Positions 1-14,059 of a stretch of DNA of 64,000 bases are shown here, piece by piece. The stretch is taken from positions 46,192,001-46,256,000 of the forward strand of contig NC_045696.1 in NCBI RefSeq assembly GCF_009834535.1, given 5' to 3'. The notes beneath the pieces are model-generated. The model saw only the letters and a program-made list of their open reading frames with translations. It did not search any database and was not told the DNA's origin. The position numbers and the translations under genes are program-made. Source of the DNA: Camelus ferus (Eukaryota). Every line of letters starts with the position of its first letter. Positions within the stretch are counted from its first letter, which is position 1.

Positions 1-257
1 AAATATGTTGAGACATGCTTTCTGGCCTAGCACATATTAAATTTTAGTAAACTTACTCTGATCACAAAGAATCAAGCTAAAAATATCACCATTCAGTGTT
101 GCTTTTTTTTTTTTCCAGTGTTACTTTTACTTACCTTTTTTGAGTAACTGACTATTTTAGTTATACACTCTTTATTGTTCTTTTTTATTGGGGTGGAGAG
201 TTATCCTGAGGTATTAAAACATGGATTTTCCCCTCTTTATCCTTTTAAAAATATATT

Positions 258-633
258 CCTTTTCATATTCTTTTTTATTATAGGCTATTATAAGGTATTA
301 AATATAGTCCCCTATGCTATACAGTAGGACCTTGTTGTTTATCTATTTTATATATAGTAGTTTGTATCTGCAAATGCTTAAATCCCAATTTGTCCTTCCC
401 CATTCTCTTTTTCCCAGTAACCCTAAGTTTGTTTTCTATGTCTATGAGTCTGTCTCTGTTTTGTAAATAAGTTCATTTGTGTCCTTTTTTTAGATTCCAC
501 ATACAAGTGACATCATATGATATTTTTCTTTCTCTTTCTGGCTCATTTCACTTGGTATGATGATCTCCAAGTCCAACCATGTTGCTGCAAATGGCATTAT
601 TTTATTCTTTTCATGGCTGAGTAGTATTCCATT
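258..633 (-). mobile_element. L1 3'-UTR fragment (cetartiodactyl-type), antisense
   Basis: Typical reverse L1 3' text: 'tagattccacatacaagtgacatcatatgatattt', 'catgttgctgcaaatggcattatttt...ggctgagtagtattccatt'. Confidence 0.8.
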
Positions 634-639
634 AAAACA

Positions 640-1950
640 CAGATTCTTGATTTAACAGAGTCTAACATAATTTAGTACTTTTCTTCCAAGATAATGCAGC
701 AAACTTAGAGCACGTGACCTCATGTTTACCACTCCAGATTTATACGACACTGTTACCATGTGTTTTAACTCCATATATTTTAAATTCCAAAGATGATAAT
801 GATGATGATAATAATAATAATAATAAACATTTCTTTAGGTTTGCTTACATATTTGCCCTTTTTGGTGCTCTTTACTTTTCCTTGCACTTCCAGTCATCTG
901 TGTGGAATCATTTCTCTTTTCCTACTGAAGGACAGGTTTTAGTATTTCTTTTAGTGTGAATCTGCTAGTGATGAATTTTCTGTTTTTGGTTGTATGAAAA
1001 TGCCTTTATTTCACTTTCATTCATAAAGAAAATTTTCAGTGGAAAAAGGATTCTAAATTAGCATTGGATTTTTCAACACTTATTTCATTGTCCTCTAGCT
1101 TCTACTGTTTTTATTTAGCTCATTAACTTGAATCTTTCTTCTTTTCTAATATATGTATTTAAAACTAAAAATCTCTCTCAGCATGGCTTTAGCTACATAC
1201 CATGAGTTTAGACAGCTAATCCTTCTTTGATTCCTGTGGAGTTACAAAAACTGTTTTCCAACTGCTTTTAAGCATTTCTCTGTCTTTGTAGTTCATCAGT
1301 TTTACTATTACATATCTATGAGTGATTTTGCTTTTATTTGCTCTGCTTGGGTTTCATAAAGCACCCTAAATCTGTGGCTTGATGTTTTCAATCATTTTTG
1401 AAAAATTAAAAGTCCATTATTACTTCAAATATACTCCTGCTTTATTTTCTTTCTCCTCTCCTCCAGGAACTCTGATTAGCCACATGTTAAACCTTTCTCA
1501 GACAATCCCCTCAGCATCCTCTAATACTTTAGCTACTTTCTATCTTTAAACAATATTTTCTTTGAACTATCTTCTGATTCATTAATTCTCTCTTCTGCTG
1601 GATTTAATCTGATTCCATATTCATTATGAAATTCTTAATTTCAGGGATCTTAAAAACTTACTTTAGTTATAAAGCTTCCATTTCATCCCCTGGTAAAATT
1701 ACCTTGAACATAGTCAGCATAGTTACTTTAAAATCTGCATCCAGTACCTGCATTTTCTCGAACTCCTGTGGCTCTTTTACATTATTTATTGTTTCTCTTA
1801 AATTTTGATCATATTCTTTTACATACTTATGTGCCTTTCATTACTTATTTTCTTGAGTGCCAGATATTGAATATTGAAAATTTTTAGAATGAAATTTAGG
1901 CCTACATTATCTTTCCAGAGAGAGATTTTTATATTCCTTTTGGCAAGTGG
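640..1950 (-). mobile_element. Ancient L1 (L1M/L1ME-type) internal fragments
   Basis: T-rich degraded L1-like text such as 'tgctagtgatgaattttctgtttttggttgtatgaaaatgcctttatttcac'. Boundaries approximate. Confidence 0.55.
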
Positions 1951-3301
1951 TTAAGGGCTTTAACAATCTAGGGTCACTTTAGTGTTATTTTAGAAGCTGA
2001 GATTATTTCAAGCTAGGGTTCAGACCCTGCAAGGGTTTGCTTTGTTTCTTGTTCACTACTTCTAGAGTGTAGCTGTTTTACTTCAAGAAAGAAGAGAAGG
2101 TAAAAAAGAGAAAAAGTAAACCTCCCCTGAATGGAGAGGGTCTCAACTTAAAGCAGGAGGATTCTTGTTTTCCTTTTTCTCACCTTTCTTAATAGACAGA
2201 GTTCTCCAATAATTTGGGAAATCATGGGAAGCTAAATTGAATATACTATCATCCAGAGAATAATTAATTTTTTCTGAGATCCAGTTAGCACTGCTGACTT
2301 GAGAACACTCTAGGCCATTCCAAAATCCACAGCTTAATCTGGGAGTCATGGTATCAGCCACTCCACTTTGTTACATGCCTAAGGCTTAGTCTCCTTATCT
2401 TAGCTCTGACACAGGCATTACAAGCAGTGTAACCCTGCTTTTTCACAGAAGCTTACTCATTCCTCTGATTTTACATCATAGATTTTTGTGCATGTGTATT
2501 TTCTTCTCCATGTGTTTCTGTGTTTGGGGTTCTTGGAGATTTTCCTTTCTTCTTGCAAGCTCAGTGATACAAGAAAATTTTCTTTATGTGGGATTTATGC
2601 AAAATCTTCTTATCATATGGTGGAAGGCCCAGAACAAAAGCCTCTGCTTCCCTTTTTGCCAAGTTATCATTTTGTGAGCTTTCTGAGGAAGATAACATTC
2701 TCAGAAAACTTTCCAGATGAAAGCCAAGTTTAGGCTTAGAGCTCTTACAGGAAAAAACTAATAGTGGATAAAAGCACACAATGTCGATAACAAGAAATAC
2801 ATGTTTTTGAAATGCTTTATAACAGAAATAAAATAATTATTCCTCTTCTTCATTATGTTCTAGTTGCTTTATAGATGACTAAGTTTCAAGTGAGTCAATG
2901 ATATAAAACCTTAGTCTCACAGGGGGATCGGTGAGACTAAGCCATTTATTCAAACTTCAAATTTTGGCTTTAAAATAAAGATGGTAGTCATCCCAATTCT
3001 CTTACTCATAAACTTTAGAACTGTCTATGCACTTACTAGCTGACTCAACATGAATGGGAGTTCTCAGTGGGTGCTGAGTGAATGTGAAAACAGGAGAACC
3101 AGACTCAAGTCTGCAGAACAAATGTTAGCTTTTTAAAAGTTACTGTGAACCATTTCCGTTTCTTTTTAAGATGAAACATATTCAGAGAGTTGTAGTATGT
3201 ATGAAGAAAAGTGGGAGGTATTCCAATGTTCTGTCCATGAACAGTCTAAAATGGTCTACTTCTGCTTATTCATTTGTATTTTAACTATAAAAATAATACC
3301 A

Positions 3302-3761
3302 CAGATCTTCCTTGACTTACAATACGGTTACATCCCTATGAACCCATCATAAGCTGAAAGTATTGTAAGTCAAAAATACATTTAATACACCTAACCTCCT
3401 GAACATCACAGCTTAGTCTAGCCTACCTTAAACATGCTCAAAACACATACATTAGCCTACAGTTAGGTTAAAAACACCCAACATAAAGCCTATTTTATAC
3501 TGAAGTGTTGAATATGTCGTGTAGTTTATCGAACAATGCACTGAACGTGAAAAGCAGAATGGTTGTTAAGTGTATCACTTGTTCACCCTCCTGATGGCAT
3601 GGCTGACTGACTGCCGCTGCCCAGCATCATGAGAGTGTCAGTCCGCACATTACTAGCCTAGGAAAGATCCAAATTCAAAATTCAAAATACAGTTTCTACT
3701 GAAAAGCATATTGCTTTCATACCATCATAAAGTCAAAAAGTTTTAAGTCCAGGGCTATCTG
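3302..3761. mobile_element. TcMar-Tigger MITE (MER47/Tigger5-like)
   Basis: Starts CAGATCTTCCTTGACTTACAAT, ends ...GCTATCTG followed by TA; internal 'cctaacctcctgaacatcacagcttagtctagcctaccttaaacatgctc' resembles remembered MER47. Confidence 0.75.
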
Positions 3762-4989
3762 TACTGTCTCAAAAGTGATAGGTGAAATACATAGGGTGGT
3801 GTTACAACTATAGACTCAGACCAGACTGACCTTCAGGCTTAAATCCTAGTTCAACTAGTTACTAGCAATTAACTTCAGATGACTTTCTTCACTTTCCCAG
3901 GCTTCCAGATCTTCAGTAAAATAATGTTAGTATTTGCCTCATAAGATTGCTATGAGGCTTTCAGATATAACAACAAGTTCCTAAAACACAGTAACAATTT
4001 AGGAGGTTTATCAAGTTTTTTCTTCCCGGCTATGCTTTTCTTGTCCAGGAAGAATAAGGGAGGGAGAGTCTTCCAGCCAAGCGCTAAAATAGACCTTATG
4101 ACTTATGAGAGAAGACGAAAAAACATAAGCTGGTGCTCAATCCATGCTTTGCCTAAGCTGAGTAAAGCCTAAATAGCCAACAGAAATAATGAACAAATGG
4201 GATGTTTAAGAATATATGTTACCATCACCCATTATATTTTTAGTAATATACAATTGAGGAATTGTTTTAAAATATTTAATTCTAAACTTGATGGTTTTAA
4301 ACCTGAAAGAATGACTGGTACTGTTGAAGAAAATAAATAATGAATTTTAAATAGAAAAAAGAGAAAAATGGCTATTTAAAAATGCAATTAAAATGCTTGG
4401 GAATTGGTAAACAGGCAACGCAACTCTAAAAGTAGGCTCCAAGAAATGTACACTGAAATAGTTAATATCCAAAATAACAGCAGCTTTAAGAAAGTATGCA
4501 TATATTTTAAGAAAACATGCAGAGCAGCAATTCAGGTATCTAGCCAGCTAACATACCTGGTCATACTTAAAAGAACCAGTTACCTCTTAATTTATAATCA
4601 CATTTGGAAGTTATTTATTTTTAATGTTTAATATATTTTTTAACTCTTTAATGTAATATTTAATGATCTTTTCCTGAGCATAAAACTGCTAGGAAATACT
4701 GTGCTGGCTCAGCAAGTGTTACAAAAAATGTAGGATATGGTTTTTGCCCTTAAGTAAAATCATTCACTAAAGTAAGACTTTAATTGATTGTACAAATTTG
4801 ACTGATCATACTGCCATACAAGACATAGCATGTATCAGGTGTGTAAAAAATGAGAAAAAAAGAGACATCTGAAAACATCAAGGAAAAAAGACTTACACTA
4901 CATTGCTTTTCAAAAATTCAAAGACCTTTCTGTGTTTTTTCTGATCTACTCTAGCAAGAATAATAGATTACATGTATTGATTTTTGCCT

Positions 4990-5190
4990 ACTACATGGAA
5001 CAGGCACTGTGAAAATTCTATAAATATCTTATTTAATGTTCATAATAATCCTTCAAGGTAGGCACTCTTTTTATTCCATTTTCTTGATAGGCAGTTGAGA
5101 TTGACTTGAGGTCAGACAACCAGCAAGTGGCAGAGCTAAGTCTTGAACTTGGGCAGTGTGGCCAGGAAAACGCACTTCACTACTTGCTAT
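4990..5190 (-). mobile_element. MIR SINE
   Basis: 'atttaatgttcataataatccttcaaggtaggcactctttttattccatttt...aagtggcagagc' MIR core. Confidence 0.6.
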
Positions 5191-5361
5191 ACTGTTTCAC
5201 AAGCATCCAAGCAAACTGAACGTTTGGTCCAGATGGGAACCCCCTGTCAGACAACCCGTTCCAGGGAAGCCAACACCCACTGTCAGGCTCTTCTCTATAT
5301 TCTTACTTCATTCTCTTCTGCTGCAATACGAGCCCATTGTTTTTACTTGAAAATTGTCTCA

Positions 5362-5790
5362 ACATTATGCTAAGTGAAACAAATCAGACTGAGAAAGACA
5401 AATATACCATACGATCTTACTTATATATGGAATGGAGGTTGCTAGGGACAGAGAGGTAGGGAAAACGAGGAGATGTTGAACAACGGGCACAAACTTCCAG
5501 TTTTAAGATGAGTAAGTTCCAGGGATCTAAGGCACCCATGGTGACTACAGTTAACAATACTGTTGGTATACTTAAAACTGTTATGAGAGTAGAGCTTTAA
5601 TGTTCCCACCATAACAACAGCAACAATGAAATGGTAATTAAGGTAAAGGATGTATTAACTCACCTTATTGTGGTAAACGTTTCACAATATATATGTGTAT
5701 TAAATCATCATATTGTACACTTTAAACTTACACAATGTTGTATGTCAATTATATCTCAGTAAGACTGATAAAATTTAAATAAAATAAAAT
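5362..5790 (+). mobile_element. L1 3' end (L1MA/MB-like)
   Basis: 'acattatgctaagtgaaacaaatcagactgagaaagacaaata' through 'tcaattatatctcagtaaag' plus A-rich tail. Confidence 0.8.
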
Positions 5791-7490
5791 GTTTAATTGC
5801 CTTAAAAACCTTTAGGCTCCTTTTTTCAAGAACTGTGTTTTACTTTAGTCTCCTCTTCTGTCTTAACACTTAATCCTAACTTGCAATTCAGTTAGGAATT
5901 CACTGGGAATATACCAGTGAATCTGTGAAGTATCTATCGCCACCATTATTACCATGGTACACTTAGATAAGACATTAAAAAAATACTTATTGAACTCCAA
6001 CTATGTACATGGCATTGATTTAAATTCTGTGATACATACAAGAAGTTTAGGACACAGTCCCTGTTCTCAACAAGCTTATAGTTCAGCTGCAGAGAGAGAG
6101 AAACAAAAACATGAAAAGGTAAATAACTCAAGAATTATATTTCTACACAAGAGAATAAAACTAAGCCTATCATGGGGTGTTATGTAGTGACTAGCTTGTT
6201 AGGATATTATGGAGAAAAGAGGTACTGTAGTAAATTTTTTGAAGATCCTAAATTATACATACTCAAGCAGGTTTCTTTAATGCATGATTTCTTATAGCCT
6301 TTGTTATGGTAATATTTACTGTGAATTTCAAAGAGTTTCATACTTTGCAATGTTTTCCAAACTTGTTTGGAAAAAGAACACCTGTTTCATGGAATTTCAT
6401 TGCTCTGTGTTAAAAAAAAAAAGCTGTCTTCTGTGGAAAAGCATTTAAGGACATACTCAGGCAAGTATCATTAAATATATAACACGCATCTGCAACCTCT
6501 CCATATCAACTTCATGGACCACATTGCTCGCAGCTGCCTTTCCCAAGAGTTGGGACATGGTCTCACAATTCTCAATAACGTACTCTGACTACTCGACTAC
6601 TCACTTCTAACTGATTAAGTATACGTGATGAAACAGTTTTGCCATTCCTAGAATTAGTCATATGAGTTGAAGAAGAAAGAAACCACAGTGATCTAGAATA
6701 ACCAGCTTCAAGAAAAAGACAAATATTGAACTGAGCTTTGAAATGTGAATGAGAAATCCCTTCATTAATTCTAAATCTTTAATTTTTTTTTAACCTAGAT
6801 GAAATTATTTGCTTATTCAGTCTTCTCTTCAGCATTCCGGAGAAAGGAAGGTTACGGGACAAATAAGGAAACAGACACACTGCCAACTACAATTAGGCTG
6901 AAAAGAGTTACTAAATATAGTCATTCATATCTCAAAGAACTCATGAGAATTACTGAATAAGCACGACTGGCATGACCTGAGTTTCTTTAAGCAGGTCTCC
7001 CCAGGATACTAGTAGGATAATAGCAGTGGTCACATCTCAAATTTCTCTGCCTCTTATCCTCACCTCCACAGGTGATAGGAATTGGTCCGAAGAAAATCAG
7101 CCCTTGCATCCCTGCCCAACTATCTCTAGAGGTCCTGAAAGAGTATCTCCAAAATTTTCACAATCTTCTCATCATTTTCAGGCTGTGGCATAACTCACTA
7201 CAGTCAAACTGAGAGGGGAAGTCAGTGAGAGCACTGATGTTCACGTTGATAATGCTGGGGGTTTTTTGGTGATCCTCAAACTGTAAATCCTCCAGGTGCC
7301 TACATGGCACAGCCTCCCCTATAATTCTCTCTGAGCTGAAGTCCTTTGTGTTGCAAGAAGTAGGAAGAATATCCTTCTCCCTATAATATGTCAACACTTT
7401 AGAACCAGGCAGAGTTGTCTCTACTTTGTGCCCCTTGTCTTCTAGAGTCACTTATGAAAACATTCCCTTAAGCTTCTGTTAGGAGCAACT

Positions 7491-7942
7491 TGTTGGGAGA
7501 TGATTCTCCATGGGTCTCCCATATTTCTGCACATCTTATGAGCAGAGAATTGGCTTCCATTCTTCTGGGTTAGCTTTTTAAGGATGTTTGCATACCAAAA
7601 GCCTTGGAAGATAGAATGTCCTGCCTCTGGAGCAAAGGGTAGATTTGTTTACTGTCCTCTGGGGCAAAAGTCAGGCAGGCTCTCTACCCATTATGAAAGA
7701 GTCAGATTCCCTAAGCTTGAGGTTCTCCTTCAACACACCCCACTGCATGTACAGACATCTTCTAGCCCTCTTTGCATCACCTTGTGGAAATATGCAACCA
7801 TGCTATGAATAATAATAATAATGCTGTGCTGTAAACAATAAAGTCCTCTGTCTCTGATCGAGGAGTCTCATGTCTTCTATCGGTGTCCATGACACTGTGC
7901 CAGGCTAAGTTGTTAGGGTAAAATCTCAGACCTCTTGATACA
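7491..7942 (+). mobile_element. ERV1 solo LTR (MER67-like)
   Basis: TG start 'tgttgggagatgattctccatgggtctccc', AATAAA near 7837, end 'agggtaaaatctcagacc...'. Confidence 0.65.
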
Positions 7943-8039
7943 TGCCTCTTGCTACAGGATTTAGGCATAAGTCCTTGGATCAGAACGGCTACTTAAGACA
8001 GACACTGTACTACCTGGGAAGTTCTCAGATTTCTCATTA

Positions 8040-8365
8040 AGAAAGAATTTTTATTTTGCCTGCAAGGAATGCAGTTTGCTGAGTCTCCAGTTGCAGTGTG
8101 TTCAAAATCCACCTCAACTTTCAAGTGGAGACCATCGTGTATCTTGGCAACCCTAACAGGATATTTCTGTTCAGTAGGGGACTCAATCTTACAGACAATC
8201 TTTGCTCTAGAGCTCCCTGGTATGTGGGCCCAGACTGTCAGATCTGTAGACTTTCCCTGCTCAGTACAATTCTTGCTTTTATCTTTCATGGATGTTTCCC
8301 TAATAAACTGTTTGGACGCCCTACTTCATCTCAGTGCTGCTTCCCGGAGAACACAACCAATATGC
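8040..8365 (+). mobile_element. ERVL LTR fragment (LTR16-like)
   Basis: 'ccctaataaac...catctcagtgctgcttcccggagaacacaacc' resembles an LTR16 3' end. Confidence 0.5.
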
Positions 8366-8689
8366 GTGCATCCAGTTGTAGACACCAAAACAGAACATTC
8401 TTCTTCCTCTGAGAGTACCTCATACGAATCAATTCATATATGTTAATATCTCATAATCAGCCTCAGGTCCATTCAACATGCCGAGACATGTTAAATCCCA
8501 GCTTAGGTTCAAGTTGGAACTTCCACTGAATGAAAAATGTTCAATATAGCTTTGTGTATTTAAAATGATTGTTAAGATATATTAGATTCATGAAATTCAG
8601 ATTTAAGCTTAAAGATTAGCATATATAATGCATTTATGTAAGATTAGAAAGTTAGTCTTAAATTTAGGCATTTATAGTAAATTAATATT

Positions 8690-8878
8690 TACTGTATTTC
8701 AATAAATCTAAGATGCCATTAATTGCAAGCATGCATATTATTTTTAAGTATCGCAAAGAAAAGCATCATCAATTAATCTATGGCAGAATGCTAAGATGCT
8801 ATCCATTATAAGGCAAATTCCAATTTCAGTGATATTAAAATGTTAAAAAAATGAATCTTTGATCCAATAAAATGCACT
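8690..8878. mobile_element. TcMar-Tc2 MITE (MER104-like)
   Basis: 'tactgtatttcaataaatctaagatgcc' with a degenerate inverted end and 'ccaatttcagtgatattaaaatgttaaaaaaatg'. Confidence 0.55.
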
Positions 8879-11800
8879 TTTATATGACCTCTTCCTGGTC
8901 TCAGATTATTTTTATGTTTTTAATACCTGAAGCAGACATTAATAAAGGAAGAGTCTCCAACTCTTGAATTATTTTTGCATGATATATGATTATTTTCAAT
9001 CAAATATTGGAAAAAAGATCAAGTGAATTTTAAAAGCTTCAAGCTTATTAAGCATATAAAAGTGGGTTTACATTATGAATGTGATATACAATAAATACTT
9101 AACATTTAGTACAACAGGAGACATTTTTTAAAAATTCAGAAGTCTGAAAGTTAATTAACTCCCCCTTCTGACTCAGAAGGTATACTTCTTCTCATACTGA
9201 AATTGAAGTGGAATTAAGATATCATTGAGTCTGGTCCCTTCATTTTTCTGAAAATCACCATGAAGCCCAGGAAGGTAATTGACAGAGCAAAACCAGAGCC
9301 TTCTGCCTAAGACTCTCTCCACCACTTCACCAAGCCAAACCCTAGACTGTCACACTTGCTTTGGACAAGCCCTCCTAAGGCCACTCAGAGAGAAAGAGAA
9401 TCTCCTTTCCTCAGCATAGAGAAGAGATGGTCTCTTCATTGCCTTAAATTATGCAGAAGCAAACAAATCCAGCAGGCTCAGATCTTCAAAGTGAGAAAGA
9501 ATTCTTTCTCCTTTTTCTTTTTTTCTTCTTAAACCAGGAGATTTGGGGATCTTCCAGTTCTGGGAGGGAGACAGGACTGTTAGAGATTGTAAATGTGTGG
9601 ACTGACTTTGTGCAGTAGTCTCCCTCTTCCTCAGCACCTTCCTGAGAAGAACCAACTGTGACAGAGTCACTGTGAAGTAGGTGAGATGATAAAGACTCAG
9701 GGAACCAACTCCAATTCCCAGACTCCTTTCCCAAAACCTATGGCTCATGAACACATGCTGTTCCATAGGAATATCAAAGAAACTAAACAAGTTTGGTGAA
9801 GCTTGTTTCATCTTCCAGACAGACAGGAAAGAAAAATTTGAGATCATTTCTACCTTTCTCCTTTTGCACCTCAAACTCAGTCTTGACTAGTCTGGAGTCA
9901 TGAGCCAAGTAACCTTCCAGCCTTCCTCCCTGTCCCCTCCACCCTGTGGTCAGCTGGGATGCCACCAAGAGACCAACCTGGCAGCACGCTTCTGTATTTC
10001 TCTCTTTCTTAAGGCAATATTAACAATTTTTAAAAGAAATTCCATTTATTAGAAACATCAAGAACTAGATATTATAGACTCAAAATGGCACTGGTTGAAT
10101 TATAAATAAAAAGATAAATTTAAAGAATAGATAAAAGGGGAAAAGATGAGGTCACCAGTTAAAGACTAATTTATTTTTCCTTCTTTTTAAATGGTTCTAT
10201 CTTGGACAGCAAAATGTTAGGTCACTGAGTTTGCTGATTCATAAAGAATACTTTTCTATGACACAGCACCTACCATACCATAGGTGTTCACTAAACATAT
10301 ATCAAATGCTTATGATGGGCCTGGTACCAAACTGTTTCTCATATACATCTTTTCATTTAATTTAACCCTTCCAACAATTTCGAGAGGTACTATCATCCCT
10401 ATATCACAGATAAGGAAACGGGCATAAAAAATTTCAAGAAACTGATTGAAGTATGTACACCTGGTAATTTCAGTTTACTACTTACAATGCTGTCGTAAAA
10501 AATCAGGTCATTATCATTTTTCTCACGTTTGTGTTGGCAAGGAAAAAAAATATGTCCAATCATATCTACATTATGAACGACGCACCTAAAATCAGAGTTT
10601 CAAATTCATGGGGTTCTCACCAAATGCAGTCCACTATTGATAGGTTTTAATCTGAGCTTCTCCAAAACAAGCAGCTAAGTAATGTCATCCAAATTGTAAT
10701 GACTAAAAATGAGCCTATTTTGCTGGGTGTAGGACAAGGTGAGTAAATTATGCTGTTTTTTCTCTCCCAGTTTCTATAATTGAAATAGGCAGAAGAGTAC
10801 AACAATTCAGAGATAAAAAAAAAAATCCCACTTATGATGGATATGGCATGGATATATGGCAACCACAGTCTTCCTAATACCCAAGCTCAGAATTGGATTG
10901 TCTCTCTGCATTTCAGCCCTGTCCTCAACCCCTGAGCTGGTCAGGAGAGGGAAGGGGAGTAGAGTCAGCCCTTGTCCAGCTGGTGACAAGGAGGGCAGAA
11001 TGAAGAGCTCTTGGCCGTCAGGCAAATCCCAAAGACAGAGGAAAGGAGGAAGGAGATGAGGTATGCATTCTTAGTTCTTTATGTCAAACTCAGCCTTAAG
11101 CAAAAGCACTCCTCCTCCTCTGAGGGGATGGAGAGAGGGCAGGAGTGACATGCTAATTCACATCCCTCCTGGTGGAACCATGAAGTCTGCAGAAGGCAGT
11201 ATCACCACCACCACACTCAGACACACACAGATACACGCTATGTGGCTGGACTGTGATATAGTCCATTCTTTTCATTTTGGACATGTTGGGCCTCAGGCAC
11301 TTCATGATCATTTCTTCACAACAATCAGGAAGGAATAGGAAATGAAATGATATTGTCCTGCTTGCTGCAGGTGAAGTTGAGGGTTTAAAAATGGAAAACT
11401 TCATTGTCACTTGTATTATAATGGGTATGAGAGACTAATATATCTATAGATATGGAAATTATATAGAAAGGAAAACAAAAATGCCCACTGGTGACTCAGG
11501 ATTAAATTAAATAATAACCAATGGTTAATTCACACCTCAGGATAAAGGAAAGCCACAAGCTGACTCATTGCCCTGCTGTGATGACTCAGCAGATAGAGAG
11601 CCCTCATGTGTATAGGTAGGAAGAAGAGGCCAGAAAAGGGGTAGGGGTAGGAATAAAGCACGTTCTGTGTTTGATGATAAAACCTCCTTTTAAAATGATA
11701 CTGAAAGAGGAGAGAAAGTCAAAATGAAAAATGACTCAGTTGTTCCACAAAACCTTTCCTTCTTTTCTCCTCACTCTGGAAAATTAGGTGCAGAGCTCAG

Positions 11801-12118
11801 GTGAAAACTGCAAGCTAAAATACAGCAGCTCCTCCACTGCTATGGGGGATTTAGGTCTGGGAGTTAGTTCTCAGATTTGGAATCACCACTACAAGTTCTA
11901 GACCTAAGGGCTATCACAATTTCATAATAAAATATTGGATATATTACATCTGCTGATTTTCATTTCCTTAGCAGTAAAATTAAGACATTTAATTTTGCAG
12001 CTTTGACCTCCCAAGAACTCTTTTTGAAAACCTCCATGCTTCCAACTGATCACCAGAGATATCCAGACCAGCCACTACATTTATCTCAGTCACTTTGCAT
12101 CCAAGGCACAGGTAGAAC

Positions 12119-12674
12119 TTTCACCTGCAAAGCCATTAACAATTCCCAGGGAATAAAAATAGAATCTGAGTAATAAAATGTAATCATTTTATTTTCCTTT
12201 GTACTTAGTCTGGTTTCACCTGCTCATAGGGTGCTGTGTGCACAGGCCTTGCAATCAGCACTTCAGACCAGAGTTCCTCTTGCAAAATGGATGCACCTGT
12301 CACTTCAGCTTGGGAACTGTGTGCAAAAATGCCTCAACACAACACCTCAATTCAAGTTGGTGGCAGTGGGCGCAGCTTTATGCAGAGATGCTGTTCCCAG
12401 CACTGCGATGTAGAGCATGAGCAGCACAACTGCGCCCGCCCCTCAAGAACTCCACCCCCTCCCTAACTGACAAAATCCCTATAAAGCAGCCCTGCCCCTA
12501 GTCTGTCCAGGAGAGCCTGGACTCTAGAGCACAGGCTTGCAACTCTCTCCATTCTCTGATCAGAGAATAAAGCTTTCCTTTGCTTCAGCACCAAACTTGG
12601 TCTCATTCTATTAGCTCAAACAACACAGTGCAAGAGGACTCTTGTTGGAGTTCAACTCAAAATGGTCAGTAACA
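12119..12674 (+). mobile_element. 5' LTR of the ERV1 provirus
   Basis: Begins TTTCACC (TG mutated) right after the GAAC TSD; TATAAA at ~12480, AATAAA at ~12566; ends ...GTAACA. Confidence 0.9.
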
Positions 12675-12680
12675 AAGTTT

Positions 12681-12696
12681 TGGAGAACGAAGGGAC
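12681..12696 (+). promoter_or_regulatory. Degenerate primer-binding site, tRNA-Arg-like
   Basis: TGGAGAACGAAGGGAC a few nt after the LTR end; resembles TGGCGACCACGAAGGGAC, the complement of a tRNA-Arg 3' end. Confidence 0.6.
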
Positions 12697-14059
12697 AGAC
12701 CATGGCATTTTCACCTGGACCTATATCCACTGAGCTCTGGGCTCACCCTAGCTCCAGTGGGAGGATGGTAGAGGCTTTGGTAAGTTCACATGAGGATGAC
12801 TGACTCTGATCTTTGAGTACAGTCTGATGGGGTAGAATGGTGGCAGCCTTTGGCATAATTCAGAGCAACTCTGCCCAGCAACCTGATGCCTGGGTGTGGT
12901 GCACACATTGTGTAGCCCCTAGACTCTTCTGGACTGCGACCCCTTGAGGGGATCATACTGTGGCATGGCTAGGGATCAAAGACTGAGGCTCACACACGTC
13001 TGCCTCCTGCCTCTGGCTGCCTTCTCTGTAGTACCAGATGCCTGTGGATGAGTGGGAGCCATAGCAATCTTGCCTGCTGTCTGTCCAGCAGTGCTGTCCT
13101 CTTGACCCCTGTATAAGGTGGTAGTAGCCGCAACAGGGCTTTTTGCCCTCCTTGCTGACCTCCAGGGGTCAACAGTAGCATTCTCCATAGTCACTTTTGG
13201 TTTAGTAAAAGGAAAGTGGCCATCCCTGTGAGAGAAGAGGTGAAGTCTAGAAAAGACCAGTTAATAAAGACCACCTGACAAACAGAATGAGGATGCTCAA
13301 TCCGAGTTCAAGGAAAGGTATTGGGGACGTCCAAGTACAAAAGGGTCCCAATGTAGATATGTGACCAGTGGCTTGACCTCTTCTAGTCAGTGCTAGTGTC
13401 TCTGAGGTGGGCTGGGGAGCTCTGTGAGCTGCTCACAAGTCCAGGAACCTCATTATTGGGAAGCCCTGTGATCTGCTGGCAAGAACAAGAAATACCCAGG
13501 ATCTGACCTCTCCTCCCCTCTCTGCTTGTGAGGGAATCTTGGTTGATTCTTTATCGACTGAGGTTTCATGGGCTCTCCTTCCAGTATCAGCACAGGTATC
13601 ATCCGTCTCAGTGATCTGATGAGTACCCCACGGGAATCTCACGTGTTTTTAGCTCTTACCAGGTGCAAAGTCCAAAAACTCCTCCTTTTCTCTAAGGAGG
13701 AAGGAGGAGACCCCTGCCTCAGACAGCTGTGCCACCCCTAAAGGGACCAAGTTGGTCAGGAACTAACGAGGCTAAGCTGCTCTGGCCTTGTCTAAACTCC
13801 TGTGGGACATTCCAACTGAGGAGGGATCATCCCAAGCACAGGCTGTTACAAATTCAAGGGGGACACCCAGTTATATGAGAGTCCATGCCATTTGGATGCC
13901 TCTTATTTTGGTCTTTTCAGAAATTCATTAACAGTTTGCTGCTGTCTCCAAATTTCCTAAACGAGAAATCTTATTTGGGCCAAATCTTGTGGTATTTGTT
14001 TGCCAACAAATCACTCTAGCACCCTCTTAGTAGCTGGATAGCCTGGCCCCACTGCTGGC

